64,000 bases of DNA from NCBI GenBank assembly GCA_965644295.1, contig CBFFRP010000475.1:1-64000 (forward strand), read 5' to 3'. Origin of the DNA: Paraphysomonas bandaiensis. Lineage: Eukaryota; Protista; Chrysophyceae. Made by a program: the position numbers and the translations under genes. Each line of letters begins with the position of its first letter. Within the stretch, counting starts at the first letter, position 1. The notes beneath the pieces are model-generated. The model was given only the letters and a program-made list of their open reading frames with translations, made no database searches and was not told where the DNA came from. This document shows positions 36,763 to 49,481 of this stretch, in pieces.

Positions 36763-36938
36763 ATTCTGAGCGCCTACTTAGGTAGATCCAGGTGGGGGCC
36801 GTGTGGGTACCTAACCAATACTTGATTAAGTCCCATACGTTATTTGCTAGCTACCTACTGAAGCTACATCATTATCACACGGTATTCAGCGCTGAATATG
36901 CAGTGAGAACCCGGGTGGGGAGCCGCTGAACTAAGCAA
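36763..36938. repeat. Interspersed repeat family R2, copy 2
   Basis: Aligns with 21296-21467. Confidence 0.8.
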
Positions 36939-37524
36939 TGTGATTCATATACCAAGAGATGTATCTGTTTCCTATTCAATAGTTACATGTTTAAATGCAA
37001 TGCTGTTCCTCCCTCAGAGTATGCTAGTTTTTTATTGCCAAGGTACTAGTTGTAACTATGTATACTTGTACCACTGTTTAAGTGCGTATATAATGAAAAT
37101 TTTTCATGTTACCCTTGCTCTATATATCGATTGTATAAGACTTCATACATGCCTGTGTAAAGTTTCGGATGTTTAAACTTGCAAAATGCCATCTACAACA
37201 CTATAATAGTGGATTCAGGTATAACTTCATGGAGAAAGAAAGGAAAGGCATGGTGTTGTGCTTAATACTGCATGAAATAATCGCGGTAACAGTAACGAAG
37301 ATTATAAGTTTAAGTTTGGGACATACTTTATTTAACAACCATGTACTCACATACGCAAGTAGTGCAATTATGTGATATAGTGAACCCTATCACCCTGCGA
37401 ATGCGCGATTGCCTACGATCATTGCCAACCATGCGTACGGCCTCACGCCACGTGTCAAAACTCATCAAATGCCTGGTTACAAAAGCTAATCTAGTTAACA
37501 GTACTCGTAACATCTTCTCTAACA

Positions 37525-39026
37525 CTAACACTGATAGCATTTAGCAAAATACTCAAACTCATCCAAATCTCTCAAGAATTTGACCATAGCAGCATAGCCC
37601 CCTACCCCAACACCAGCAAATATGAGCACACCAGCTAAAAACCAGTTGACAGCACGCATATAGGGTATATGCGCCCATTGAGGCGGAGCTTTGACCATAT
37701 CTTTATGATGGTCTACATTCGCAAACGCGATGTTATATGATAAAAGAGGAATTATATAAGTCGCCATGCTCATTGCAAATGCCCCCAAAAGCGAGTTCAC
37801 AGACCCATAAAACGGAAATGCAATAGCCATGAAAAGTATGGCCCCAGCAATGGGAAGTCTAGACAATACACGTATGTGGTACGAGCTTCCGTGAATGCCC
37901 AAATATTCCTCCCACATATGATATAAAGGCCCAGAGAAGAGACCGAATGCCACCATTTGATGTAGGCACATAAGAACAATTCCGATGTCTCTCTGCGGAG
38001 ATCTTTGAAATAGATTGAATGAATTCGCATCGTCCCGAGCATCATCGCCAAAGTTATAATACACACTAATTGCATTGGGCAGTGTAAGTGTGAAAACATA
38101 GATATACGACAGAAGATACGATCTGTCATAAGTAGACGGGTCGTTCATCACGTCTGCAACTTCAATATTGGAACTATGACCACCAAAAGTAAACATTATA
38201 TTTGTGAACCCCATGAAATAATTGATCAATGTATCTGGGGCCGAATACGTTACGTTACTATCTCTACCGTGCAGGTTAGATTGAGTCGTCATAAACCACG
38301 AAGTATAAGTGGTAGAGACGATTCCTATGACAGACATAAACCGGTAGTGGCGAAAGTTCGGAATAAATATCATAAGAGTAAATAGCATACCCCACAGGAG
38401 TCCCCAGTCTCGCTTGCTGAGACTGTCATCGAGGATATGAAAATTGGACGAAGTAGCAATAATTTGTACTGTGGACAAGCCAATGAGGGATAAGTATATG
38501 ATTACTCTTGTGACCTTTCCAGCAGTCGAGCCAACAAAATATGTTATCACCTCTGCGGCAAACATTAGCACATTTACTGCGCTGATCATACAACATAAGT
38601 CATACCTGTGTATGTCACAATGTGATGCTTGTCATTATAATACGGATGCGATGTATCAGTATTTATTTTGTGTCTATACTCCGCATGTAAACTGATTAAA
38701 AGAAAGTTTGTGTACAAAGCCAAAGTAGCAAAGAACACTTCCATGAATATACCCGAATAAATTCCAACAAGTGAGAAGGAATATGGAAGGGTCAATATAA
38801 CTTGTCCAACTTCCTTTGAAGCGGCTAATAAGAACCCATCAAATATCGTCCCTCCTTCAAATATATGTTTCATTGTCATACAATCTGTTGATTTTTTATC
38901 ATTGGATTGTTCTAATGGTCTTATCTCACTGCCACCTGTCTCATCAGCGGGTATATCTTGTTTATAAAATGGACTGATAGTCGTTTCATTCATCTTCTTT
39001 ATTTTATTATATTTTTGATCAGTCAT
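37525..39026 (-). CDS. AUX1/LAX-like auxin influx permease (AAAP family); one intron near 38553-38605
   Basis: EGGTIFDGFLLAASKEVGQVILTLPYSFS, LHAEYR, LSKRDW, FIPNFRHYR, TTYTSWF, YFMGFTNIMFTFGGH, YVFTLTLP, LMCLHQ, RLPI, AIAFPFYGSVNSLLGA, YIIP and terminal FAKCYQC match plant AUX1/LAX blocks in order. Confidence 0.9.
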
Positions 39027-39646
39027 ATATGTATAAACTATAATAGAAACATGATTGAATGTATATGAATGATGTGGAAGTGGAAAGATGGAGAAGGGGG
39101 GGTTGTTAGTTCGATGGAAAGATATGTCCCCTGGTTGTATATGTATATATAGCCTTACACACCTGTCGATATATAGCTACTCTGCTGTGTACAGGCAGAG
39201 AGTATCCATGTAACATATGCAGTGTACAGTACAGCATGCTGATGTACACTCTGTACCAATGATGTACTTCTATATGTACTGATGTACAGGCCATACTGAA
39301 AATCTTCCAAATAACTGAATAAAACTCTTAAAGATTCTTAAAAATTAGATACCACTGTATTTAAATTTAACCTTTTCAAAAAATCAAATAATTGGTTGGT
39401 TTTCTTATACACTATACTGCTATACTGTGTATGGTTATACAGAGTACATGTACTCCTATACATATATCTCCTGTATGTATACATACATATATATATATAC
39501 GTACATAGCATGCATACATCTGAATTTAAATTCCAAATCAATTGATAAGAAACAAACACAATTCCATTCAAATACAAGTAAGATAAACATATCTGTGTAC
39601 ACTTAATTATTAATTTAAACAATACACATTCATTTCATCTATTATC

Positions 39647-40507
39647 ATGTCGTCAACACTCACCCATGATTTCAATTCAGCCAATTGTGAAGGCTTATTT
39701 ATCGGTATATCAGGTAACACACTATCTCCCCCGTAACCATACCTTATAATCTATAATTCAGGTCTTATTGGGGCTGGCAAATCAACCCTAGCTGCTGCAC
39801 TTGCAAAGGAACTCGGATTACCAGTGTATTATGAGCCTGTAGTGGATAACGTCTATCTGGCAGACTTCTATCAAGATATGAAGAAATACAGCTTCCCACT
39901 ACAAATATTTCTATTAAACAAGCGATTCAAGCAACAGCAACAGATAATTTGGGAAGGCAAGGGTGGGGTTCAAGACCGGACGATATATGAGGATAGTGTT
40001 TTTGCGCGCATGCTTCGTGATTCCGGACATATGGAGGAGCGGGACTTCCGGACTTATATGGAACTTTTCAATAATATGTCCAACTTTATGAAGAAGCCTA
40101 ATATTATTGTCCACCTTGATGTATCCCCTGAGGAGAGGTAACACTCCTTGTGTATAGTATCTTGGGCTCATGTGTGTGTATGTAGTGTTCGTCGCATCAA
40201 ACTCCGCAATCGGGACTGCGAGTCGGGAATTTCCGTTGAATACTTGCAAGCGCTGTACAACGCCTACGAAACCTTTATTGCTGACATTGCACGAGTTATC
40301 CCTGTTATCAAGGTGGACTACAGCCGCTTCCGTACTGCTGAAGAAATGGCGAAAATGATCAAGGCTGAGTACGCTGAAATCGCGAATGTCCGTCACGTGC
40401 ACTTCAATACCCCCTCCCCTAGTAGCGCCATAACTGCATCCACTGATAACACGGCCGAAGATTCTGATATCAGTATTGATCTTGGAACCCTCGAGGTGTC
40501 TTCCTAA
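39647..40507 (+). CDS. Deoxynucleoside kinase family protein; 2 introns
   Basis: IS|GLIGAGKST P-loop, YEPV, QDRTIYED..FA, RIKLRNRDCE lid, YLQALYNAY. Confidence 0.92.
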
Positions 40508-41088
40508 AGCTCTTTCGGCTGTTGTCTCTTCCTCCATGAACTAATGTGAATTGTGTCTCGATGTGGTTCACGTCGGGTTGCTCTTATTATATATGTCTGT
40601 ATACCATTGCTTGGTGGTATGATCAATTTGAAATAATAGCTGTGTATAGTTTGTTGCTTGTGTATTATCGGAGTAAAAAGCAGCATCGTTACAACTTCAG
40701 ATTTCGAACGCACAATATTTTGAAAATGTGTATTGTAGAATACTCATCGATTCACGATCGGCGTATGTACAATGTACACAGCCGATTGATGAGGGGTGCC
40801 AAGCAAAGATAGACACGTAAAAAAGTCTTTTTGCCATGTGATACCATACATACATGCAGCAAATTTTTCTGGTTGTATAATGTATAATATATCGTATGAC
40901 ATATGGCATCCCTTAAGGAAAGTGAATAGCCAATTTTACGACTACTAGCCAGCTAAGTACGCACGTACTACTAGCTAATACTAGCTAAGATGTAAGACGC
41001 AGTATAAAGATTTTTCTTAATTCAAACGCTTCATATAAACTAGTGGGGTAAAACAGCTATCTTTCGCATCCCCCATTAATCATTTTAA

Positions 41089-41961
41089 CTAATTTAATAA
41101 ATGTTTCGCATGGAATCGGATGTGATCCTCCATGAAAGATGATATGAAGAAGTAACTGTGATCATACCCTTCGTGTAGGCGGAGCGTGAGGCCCTGCCCA
41201 CATGACTCGCAGGCCTCCTTGAGGGCCTCGGGTTTCAGCTGGTTCTCCAAGAATCCATCCGCAAGACCCATATCAACCAGTATATCGTCATATGCACTGC
41301 GACCCCGAGACTTTAGTAGCATACAAGCGTCATAGGCTTCCCAGGTTGTCTTGTCCTCTCCCAGGTATCCACTAAAAGCTTTCACACCCCAGGGACAGTC
41401 CATTGGATGGCAGATAGGAGAAAATGCACTCACACTCTTATAAGCTTGTTGATTCTTAAGGGCAATAGTGAGCGCTCCATGACCCCCCATACTGTGCCCA
41501 GTGATGCCCATGTTCGATACGTCAATCTGGGGGAAATTCGCGGAAATAACTTGGGGAAGCTCTTGCACTATATACGAGTACATGCGATAGTTGTTTGCCC
41601 ATGGTTCCGCAGTGGCATCCAAGTAAAATCCAGCTCCAGTACCGAAATCCCAGCTGTCATTATCACCAGGAATATCAACATTTCTAGGAGATGTGTCAGG
41701 TGCGATAAAGGCAATATTCAACTCCGCCAATGCTCTAAATGCCCCGCCTTTCTGACACACATTCTCATCTGTACAAGTTAGACCTGATAAGTATAGTAAT
41801 GAGGGTAGTTTATTCGATGTATCAGATGCTGCAGGTGGCAAATAGACAGCACATGTCATTGTACATCTTGTTTGAGTAGATGAATGAGTGAATCTCACTA
41901 AATGACCACCAAAGCATTTTACTTTGGACTTAATTTCGATATTTGATGATGTGGATGACAT
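41089..41961 (-). CDS. ESD: S-formylglutathione hydrolase (esterase D)
   Basis: YLSGLTCT, PDTSPR, WDFGTGAGFY, GHSMGGHGAL, GYDHSYFFI. Confidence 0.96.
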   Translation of the reverse strand: MSSTSSNIEIKSKVKCFGGHLVRFTHSSTQTRCTMTCAVYLPPAASDTSNKLPSLLYLSGLTCTDENVCQKGGAFRALAELNIAFIAPDTSPRNVDIPGDNDSWDFGTGAGFYLDATAEPWANNYRMYSYIVQELPQVISANFPQIDVSNMGITGHSMGGHGALTIALKNQQAYKSVSAFSPICHPMDCPWGVKAFSGYLGEDKTTWEAYDACMLLKSRGRSAYDDILVDMGLADGFLENQLKPEALKEACESCGQGLTLRLHEGYDHSYFFISSFMEDHIRFHAKHLLN

Positions 41962-42069
41962 GGTGCTGGTGGTGGAGTATGAGAGATGTTCCAATAGAAT
42001 ATATGAAGAAGAGAGATATATGTATGTATGTACAGAGTATATATGCAGAGTAGGAATTCCTATACAGAG

Positions 42070-42462
42070 ATGTAGGTAGGTAGGTATGTACAATATCTAT
42101 GTACGTCTGTATTTATGTATGCATGTACGTATGTATTTATGTATGTATGTACGTATGTATGTATGTATGTATGCATGTATGTATGCATGTATGTATGTAT
42201 GTATGTATTTATGTATGCATGTACGTATGTATTTATGTATGTATGTACGTATGTATGTATGTATGTATGTACGTATGTATGTATGTATGTATGTATGTAT
42301 GTATGTATGTAGGTATGTATGTATGTATGTATGTATGTATGTATGTATGTATGTATGTATGTATGTATGTATGTATGTACGTATGTATGTATGTATGTAT
42401 GTATGTGTGTATGTACGTATGTAAGTATATTAGTAGGCAGGTAGGTAGGTAGGTAGGTAGGT
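42070..42462. repeat. (TATG)n / (TAGG)n microsatellite in a divergent promoter region
   Basis: Direct tetranucleotide tandem array; it produces the spurious MYV/HTYI ORFs. Confidence 0.97.
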
Positions 42463-42644
42463 ACGAGATTGGTATGTTTATGTTGTATGTATACGTATAC
42501 AGTGTGGATATATGTATTGCCGATAGGAAACATACACACTGCTGTATGTATGGTGTATATATACATACATGTGTATGGTGAGGTTGGTAGATATCCACAA
42601 GTTGTCTCGTCTCATATCTCCAATCCATCTCCTCCATATCTATT

Positions 42645-43895
42645 ATGAGAGTCCTTCGCAATACTCCAGGATATAAAAATATTCCTTCAACCTGTCTAGT
42701 CACAGGAGGGAGTGGGTTTGTGGGTCAACGGCTTGTAGAGATGCTTGTAGACAGAGGAGCCAGTCGTGTCATCTCATTCGATATATCACCTAAACCAAAT
42801 GATGCTAAAGAATCTCCTCATATAGAATATATTCAAGGGGATTTAACTAATCCACAAGTTGTAGAAGATGCATGTGAAGGGGTAGATTGTGTGTTTCATA
42901 TAGCTGCACTTGTAGGTCCTTATCATGCTGATGAAGCATATGTTAAAGTCAACTATGAGGGAAGTAAGAATGTTCTTGATGCTTGTCGTAAGCATGGTGT
43001 CAAGAAGATTGTCATGAGTTCCTCTCCTAGTACCAGATTTCCATATCCTGATCCGAATATTGATGGGTTAACTGAAGATGATTTGTACAGGATTAATGGT
43101 GGGGACTACGCCCCTGTTTTCCTGCAGCCCTATGCTGAGACAAAGGCAATGGGAGAGAAGCTTATCAGAGATGCATGCGGAAGTGAAGAAGGCGATCTAT
43201 TGACTATTGCTGTCGCACCGCATCAGGTAATATGCAACTTTCCCATGCAGTTTATGTATTCGAAGAATACTTACTGACGAATACAATGTGATATAGGTGT
43301 ATGGCCCCAAGGATGGATTATTTCTGCCATCCCTTCTTGAGACGGCAGGATCAGGAAAGCTACGCATATTTGGAGATGGTGAAAACCGCATATCGTTCTG
43401 TCATGTGGACAATTACTGCCATGGCCTAATCCTTGGGGCTGAAGCTCTGTACCCTGGAAGCCCAGCCCTTGGCAAATTCTATATTATTACGGATGGCCCG
43501 GGGCAGAAGTTCTGGCGCGTCCTAGATGAAGCTATTGTAGCTATGGGTTTTGTGAGCCTGTGGTCCAAGCTCCATTTGCCGACCTGGCTAATGATGATGG
43601 TTGCTCACCTTACGGTGTTTGTCGGGAATATCTACGCTTCTCTGACTGGCACCCCCAAGCATGTTGTCAACTTCCGACTCAAGCTGAACCCTTTTGCTGT
43701 GAAAATGCTCGTGATTCACAGGTAATGATCGCCTATATCGATTTTGAGTGTTAACTGCTTTGTTTAATCAGATACTTCGACATATCGAATGCCAAAAGGG
43801 ACTTGCACTATGAGCCTATATACACTTTTGAAGAGGGATGGAAGCAAACCATCGGTTGGTTTCGTGAGAACTGGCTACCTAAGTACCGCCGTTAG
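42645..43895 (+). CDS. 3-beta-hydroxysteroid dehydrogenase/C4-decarboxylase (NSDHL/ERG26-like); 2 introns
   Basis: TGGSGFVG Rossmann motif, VFHIAA, YAETK catalytic YxxxK, PHQ|VYGP, R|YFDISNAKRDLHY. Confidence 0.9.
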
Positions 43896-44404
43896 TCTAT
43901 AGCTCTATGCTACGCTTCTTACCATTGAAAGTGACGCGTTTTGTGTTGAACTAATATGCCTTTTCATTACTTACTTACCTGTGCAGTGGATAAATCTAGT
44001 GCAATTTGTTGAAGAGAATTTACTGCATATCCATTGCTTTATGACATCACTGCAAGCCCGTAATAGTTTTTAACTACTAAAAAATAGCTACAGTTTTGCC
44101 ATAGTACAGGCCATGTTGAGTAATAGCTTGTCTTTTCAAATTTGCCTCTTGCTTCAAGTTCACAACTTCTGTTAAACAAGTTCAGGAATATAGCGATGAA
44201 GATAGTTAAAAGTATATATTTAATCACTGGCATATTTTATTTATAGGTATGAAATTTGCCTATCTTCGTAGATAGGGATGTTTCGTACTTTTATGGTTAA
44301 TGGCAAATGGTAACCCCTGAATTCCCTGTTGAGTTTTACGTTTGAGAGCGTATTTCTCAGGTATTTGAATTATGACTGTTACTTTAAGAATACAGTAGTG
44401 ATTA

Positions 44405-44586
44405 TATATATTGAAATTTTTGTTATTTAGCAATACGCGTTAAAAACTCGTGCCAATATAGTGGCTAGTTGAATGCTAGACATACTAGTTAGACCTCTAC
44501 CCATAACTAATCAGCAGAAATTCTATTATCCTACTATTTAGCGCTACAGAAGCTGCTTGTGCGTCGCCGCATCACCAAGGTGCGAC
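44405..44586 (-). mobile_element. R1 retroposon, 5'-truncated copy
   Basis: Only the TA-tail end of the family is present; flanked by ACAGTAG(T/C)GATTA at 44392 and 44587. Confidence 0.7.
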
Positions 44587-44829
44587 ACAGTAGCGATTAA
44601 TAGTATTACATAAATTCTTGTGATGATAGGAATATTAGTAGTGAAACCCAAATATGTTGACTGCATAAGATCGTAAGAAAATAATTGGTAGTTGAGGTTG
44701 ATATGACATGAATTTGACGAATGATTAGTGAGATTCATCATAATTTATAATTAAAGCATTGAATGTATATTACGTTTAGTTAATTAAGTTTAAACTATCC
44801 CAACATGTCAACCACTACTTGCAGCGGTC

Positions 44830-45490
44830 AAACATATGCCTCAAGAACGCAGTCAACGCTGCGCTGCTTCCTCAAGGGCTCCACCCAGAACACGTGTTGT
44901 AAGAAGCAAAGCCGCGAAGACAACCGCGGGTCCTTCGACTCCTAGGAGTGTCTGTGTCCTATATACCAAACTCCGCCTCAGCAGGTCAACAGCGACCTCC
45001 ACAATTCGACCTCCAACTATCACCACGCAACACATAAGTATCCCCACTTCGGTCCCGATGGTGCCTCAGAAGAGAATCACAGCTGGGCGAATGAACACAT
45101 CTTCTACTTTTCTATTACTTTCACGCCCCTACGCACGCGAACCCCAAAAACGTAGTCAATTCCGCCACCTCTACTATTTACATCCAACTTATATACACTG
45201 CAGTCAGCGGAGGCCCGAGACTCTACTACAACGCACCATCCCACTCTCCCTCGGAACACTATCCTCCCATCTACATAGAACTCTGACGCTCCCTTAAGCA
45301 TTGCGGACCCCTACCCCAAAGAGCGTTCCCAGGGTTAACCGCACCTCTTGACACCGAAGAACTACACATCCGTCGGTAGTTTCCACACTTATTCACGAAA
45401 GAAAGTGGTTTTGCGGTAACGCACAAGCAGCTTTCGTAGCTTCAAATAGTAGGATATCAGAGTTAAGTACTAGTTAGTTAAAATGCAATA
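44830..45490 (+). mobile_element. GC-rich degenerate element ending in an inverted R1-like segment
   Basis: 45411-45480 is the reverse complement of the R1 core (GCACAAGCAGCTTTCGTAGC..AAATAGTAGGATA); the upstream part is GC-rich with no credible ORF. Confidence 0.5.
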
Positions 45491-46214
45491 CTAATTAGTT
45501 CCGACTTCTAACAGATGTTGAGTTAGCTTATTTAGCAGAAGCATTTGAAAGCTGAATTATATTTTTATAAATTACAACCGTTACATGAGTATATAGTGGA
45601 GTTAAATACAGTAATATGAAATGATATAAATTAATAAATACAAAATATAAATATATTGACTGTGTATACGGTCGTGTCTATATCTAAGATTGTATAATAT
45701 TGACTAGTAGTAGTAGTAGCAACATCAATTTATCGAATGGCTATAAATAATGATGATTGAGTATTATTGTGTGAGTACAGTGTTTAGTTGATACTTCAAA
45801 CAATCTTATGTAAGCCAGTTTCGGGTACCCTAAGAGATAAAATAGTGATGTATCTTTTCAATTCTGGCGCCAAGTTACAGCTCATACTACGTCTTGAGGG
45901 GTTTCCGGAGGAAGTGTATGTTACATAAAGGGAGTGCTGACACTATAGGAATGAAAAGAATAGAGTGGTAATAATTCCACGTATTATGACTTCTCTCTAC
46001 ACGAGACTGTTGATTAAATCTTTTCAAAACAAAAATTTTGTAAACTACATAAAAATCTTAGATATTAACCTGAAGATACTATGCAGAGAGTTAATGGAAG
46101 CGATAGTTATTAAAAAACGATTTACCAGACACAATAAAGCAATGACAGTGACGCGACCAGGGAATAAACCTAGGATTTTACCATTACAGGTTTCGATTGA
46201 TGCTTTAACATTAT

Positions 46215-48837
46215 TTAAAACCATAATACTACAACAATAGTTATCGCTGCTACAATCGGCGCCCATGTCATTTCCATTGCGATACTACTGGCACCGGAAG
46301 AGAATATGGTCGAGTTGTGGTGTTCTTCATTATGATCCTTGCCATCTGATCCATTCAAAGGTAGTCCAACGTTCTCATCATCTCCAATTATGTTTTCCAA
46401 TGTTGGAACAGTTGTAGGACTGTGTCTTTTAGCCCCTGGTTTGGCTTTGCTATTACCATCTTTGCCTTTTCTACTGGTATTAGATTTCGAGGGTTTTTTC
46501 TTAGTTTTCGATTTAGTATATTTGCTAGTATCGTCCCTGAGATATAGCGTCGGCGAAGTAGTTAATACCGGTTCTATACGAAACACAGGGGAAAGAATAG
46601 GCAAAGCAACTGGTAAATACGTGGGAGATGTACTTGGAAATGAGGTTGGCGTGAAACTGGGAGAAACAGTAGGTGATAAAGTGGGCATACATGTAAGAGA
46701 CACAGTAGGTGACAAAGTTGGTACGTACGTGGGAGAAACAGTAGGTGACGAGGTTGGGGTAGATGTGGGATATGCAGTGGGAAATAAGGTTGGCGTGAAA
46801 CTGGGAAAAACAGTAGGTGATGAAGTTGGAAAATAAGTTGGAGGCACAGTAGGTGATGAAGTGGGTATATATGTGGGAGAAACGGTAGGTGACGAGGTTG
46901 GGGTAGATGTGGGATATGCAGTGGGAAATGAGGTTGGCGTGAAACTGGGAGAAACAGTAGGTGATGAAGTTGGAAAATAAGTTGGAGGCACAGTAGGTGA
47001 TGAAGTGGGCATACATGTAGGAGACACAGTAGGTGATGAAGTTGGTACGTACGTGGGAGAAACGGTAGGTGACGAAGTTGGGGTAGATGTGGGATATGCA
47101 GTGGGAAATAAGGTTGGCGTGAAACTGGGAAAAACAGTAGGTGATGAAGTTGGAAAATAAGTTGGAGGCACAGTAGGTGATGAAGTGGGTATATATGTGG
47201 GAAAGATGGTTGGTGATGAAGTTGGAAAATAAGTGGGAAGCACAGTAGGTGATGAAGTGGGCATACATGTAAGAGACACAGTAGGTGACAAAGTTGGTAC
47301 GTACGTGGGAGAAAAGGTAGGTGACGAGGTTGGGGTAGATGTGGGATATGCAGTGGGAAATGAGGTTGGCGTGAAACTGGGAAAAACAGTAGGTGATGAA
47401 GTTGGAAAATAAGTTGGAGGCACAGTAGGTAATGAAGTGGGTATATATGTGGGAAAGATGGTTGGTGATGAAGTTGGAAAATAAGTGGGAAGCACAGTAG
47501 GTGATGAAGTGGGCATACATGTAAGAGACACAGTAGGTGACAAAGTTGGTACGTACGTGGGAGAAAAGGTAGGTGACGAGGTTGGGGTAGATGTGGGATA
47601 CGCAGTAGGAAATGATGTTGGCTTGAAGCTTGGAGAAACTGTAGGTGATGAAGTTGGAAAATAAGTGGGAGGCACTGTAGGTGATGATGTAGGCGAGTCG
47701 GTATACTCATTAGCACAAAATATATCACATGAGTTTCCGTATTCTACCTCTCCTACCACAAATACAAAGACTGTTTCCACTGTTGTGTGCTTGTTCTGAA
47801 GCGTGACACATTGGTCTTCATGTAACTTCACAGTTACCGTGGTGTTAGATTTCTTTGCACTTTGCAGTATTGTGGAGTCCACAATACTTGTAGTGGTGCC
47901 AATCATACCAAACACTCCTGGAGGATTCACATATCTTGATGCAAAAGCAAGATCCATCGGGAGAAAAATCATTTCCATGACAAAGGTTTCGAAAACAACA
48001 GTTGATCCACAGCATATATTAATGTTAGTTTCAAAAACCATATATCCCAGTATCTCTGGTGTGAGAAGAATAAAATAAGCTGGGTCTATACTGTCATGAG
48101 GGCTGAGAACGAAATCTACAGAACGACGTCGCACAATCTTCGCTCTGACCGAAAGAAACAACTCGCGCCCATCATCAACTTTATTAACACTGGTTTGAAG
48201 CTGTTGCAGAGACCCCAACGACGTTTCCTGCTTCGGATGAATGCATCGTGCGGATGGATTGCCTATATCACAGCCAGTGGGGTAGTCGAACGTAATAGCA
48301 TTACCATTAATGTCCGTGGCGATAGGTTCGTGATTATTACGAGTGATGTTTCCTGTCGATGTAATGAACACATGATTGGAAACATTATATACTCCTTTTT
48401 CAACAACAATCCTATATAAAACTTACACAATATATTAGGGAATATAAACTCTATTACCAGTTTATTCTCATCGAATTAATTGGAAACGGAACATGCCATT
48501 CCTTGGAGCAATAGCTATCGTTCGCTTGGATGATTCGAGATTGAAATGTAAATGACCCGTCATTATTCTGAACAGGTAACTCCAGAAGCTTCGGTACAGC
48601 TGTCACATTGCTACTTGAGGTACCAAATTCAAGAATACTGATTAAAGCAATCACATCATTAAACTCTGTACTTTGAGTTGTAATTGTTGTCCAGCTGGTA
48701 TCGCTAAGGTCAGAGGCCCCTAACTCAAACCAGTTGTGATCAAGGTAATCATGAGCAATAAGGTCAAATGGAAATGAGCTAACATAACAGAACCCGTAAA
48801 GAAATCCAAGAAATAGTTGTAGATAAGTTTTTGCCAT
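46215..48837 (-). CDS. Mucin-like surface protein: signal peptide, globular N-domain, P-T-x-x repeat stalk, C-terminal TM
   Basis: [21 protein letters not shown] leader; intron ~48413-48456; ~340 aa of [12 protein letters not shown]-type repeats; [18 protein letters not shown]. The 3' end may continue via a 1-nt shift. Confidence 0.85.
46615..47700 (-). repeat. Coding minisatellite: 12-nt/36-nt units with higher-order blocks
   Basis: GTAGGTGATGAAGT-type units every 36 nt; a long block at 47221 recurs at 47473 (252-nt period). Confidence 0.9.
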
Positions 48838-49481
48838 CGCAATTAGGGAGTTTAGAGGCCAAACTGTTTGGGGAATATATGAAACTGTATATTGAATCAC
48901 TGTACATGAGCATGACTAGACTCACTGAGTCAATCAATAGTGTCATATCCAGTCAAATATATTAACGACTGATTGAGATTCAATATCTGCTCTGCATGTT
49001 ATCCTCTTCGTATATATAACAGACGACAGCAAGGGTCTAGATGCACATAAAAGCACTCTTATGCAACATACTCTTCTTCCTAATGTTGAGAGCAATGGTT
49101 GTATTCTCATAGTCTGTTATTTAATGCACTTAGGTCAGTGGTGTTGTGGTGAAGGCATGCAATTCATTCACAGCAATGTCCTTAATATAATCAACTGTCC
49201 ATAGCACCCACAAACTCTAAACTGAAATCATGAATCCCTTCAAGATCTTAATTAGAAGATCAACGACATCGTCATCATCAGATCACTCACATACCATTCA
49301 ATCTGCTGATGAGTCATACATACCACTCTACTATATACGTAAATCTTCATACATTATCCTGCTGATGAGTCCATTCTACATACATCTACATATCTATCTA
49401 TATATACATCCCACACTCCTCATTATCCTGCTGATGAGGAAGAACTCCATCAATTCAACAATTCAAAACAATTCAAAAACA

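Noticed and set aside
42060-42703. MYVCMYV/HTYIHTY ORFs (also 26111 and 56040-56600)
   Set aside because: Translations of micro- and minisatellites.
44405-45490. One large TIR element formed by inverted R1 segments
   Set aside because: The left piece has its own TSD; two independent insertions are more parsimonious.
46339-47728. Overlapping His/Leu-rich and FITYC repeat ORFs
   Set aside because: Alternative frames of the PT coding minisatellite.
49300-49445. Three CTGCTGATGAG repeats upstream of the Myb gene (hammerhead- or snoRNA-like)
   Set aside because: No GAAA or stem context; best explained as a local short duplication.
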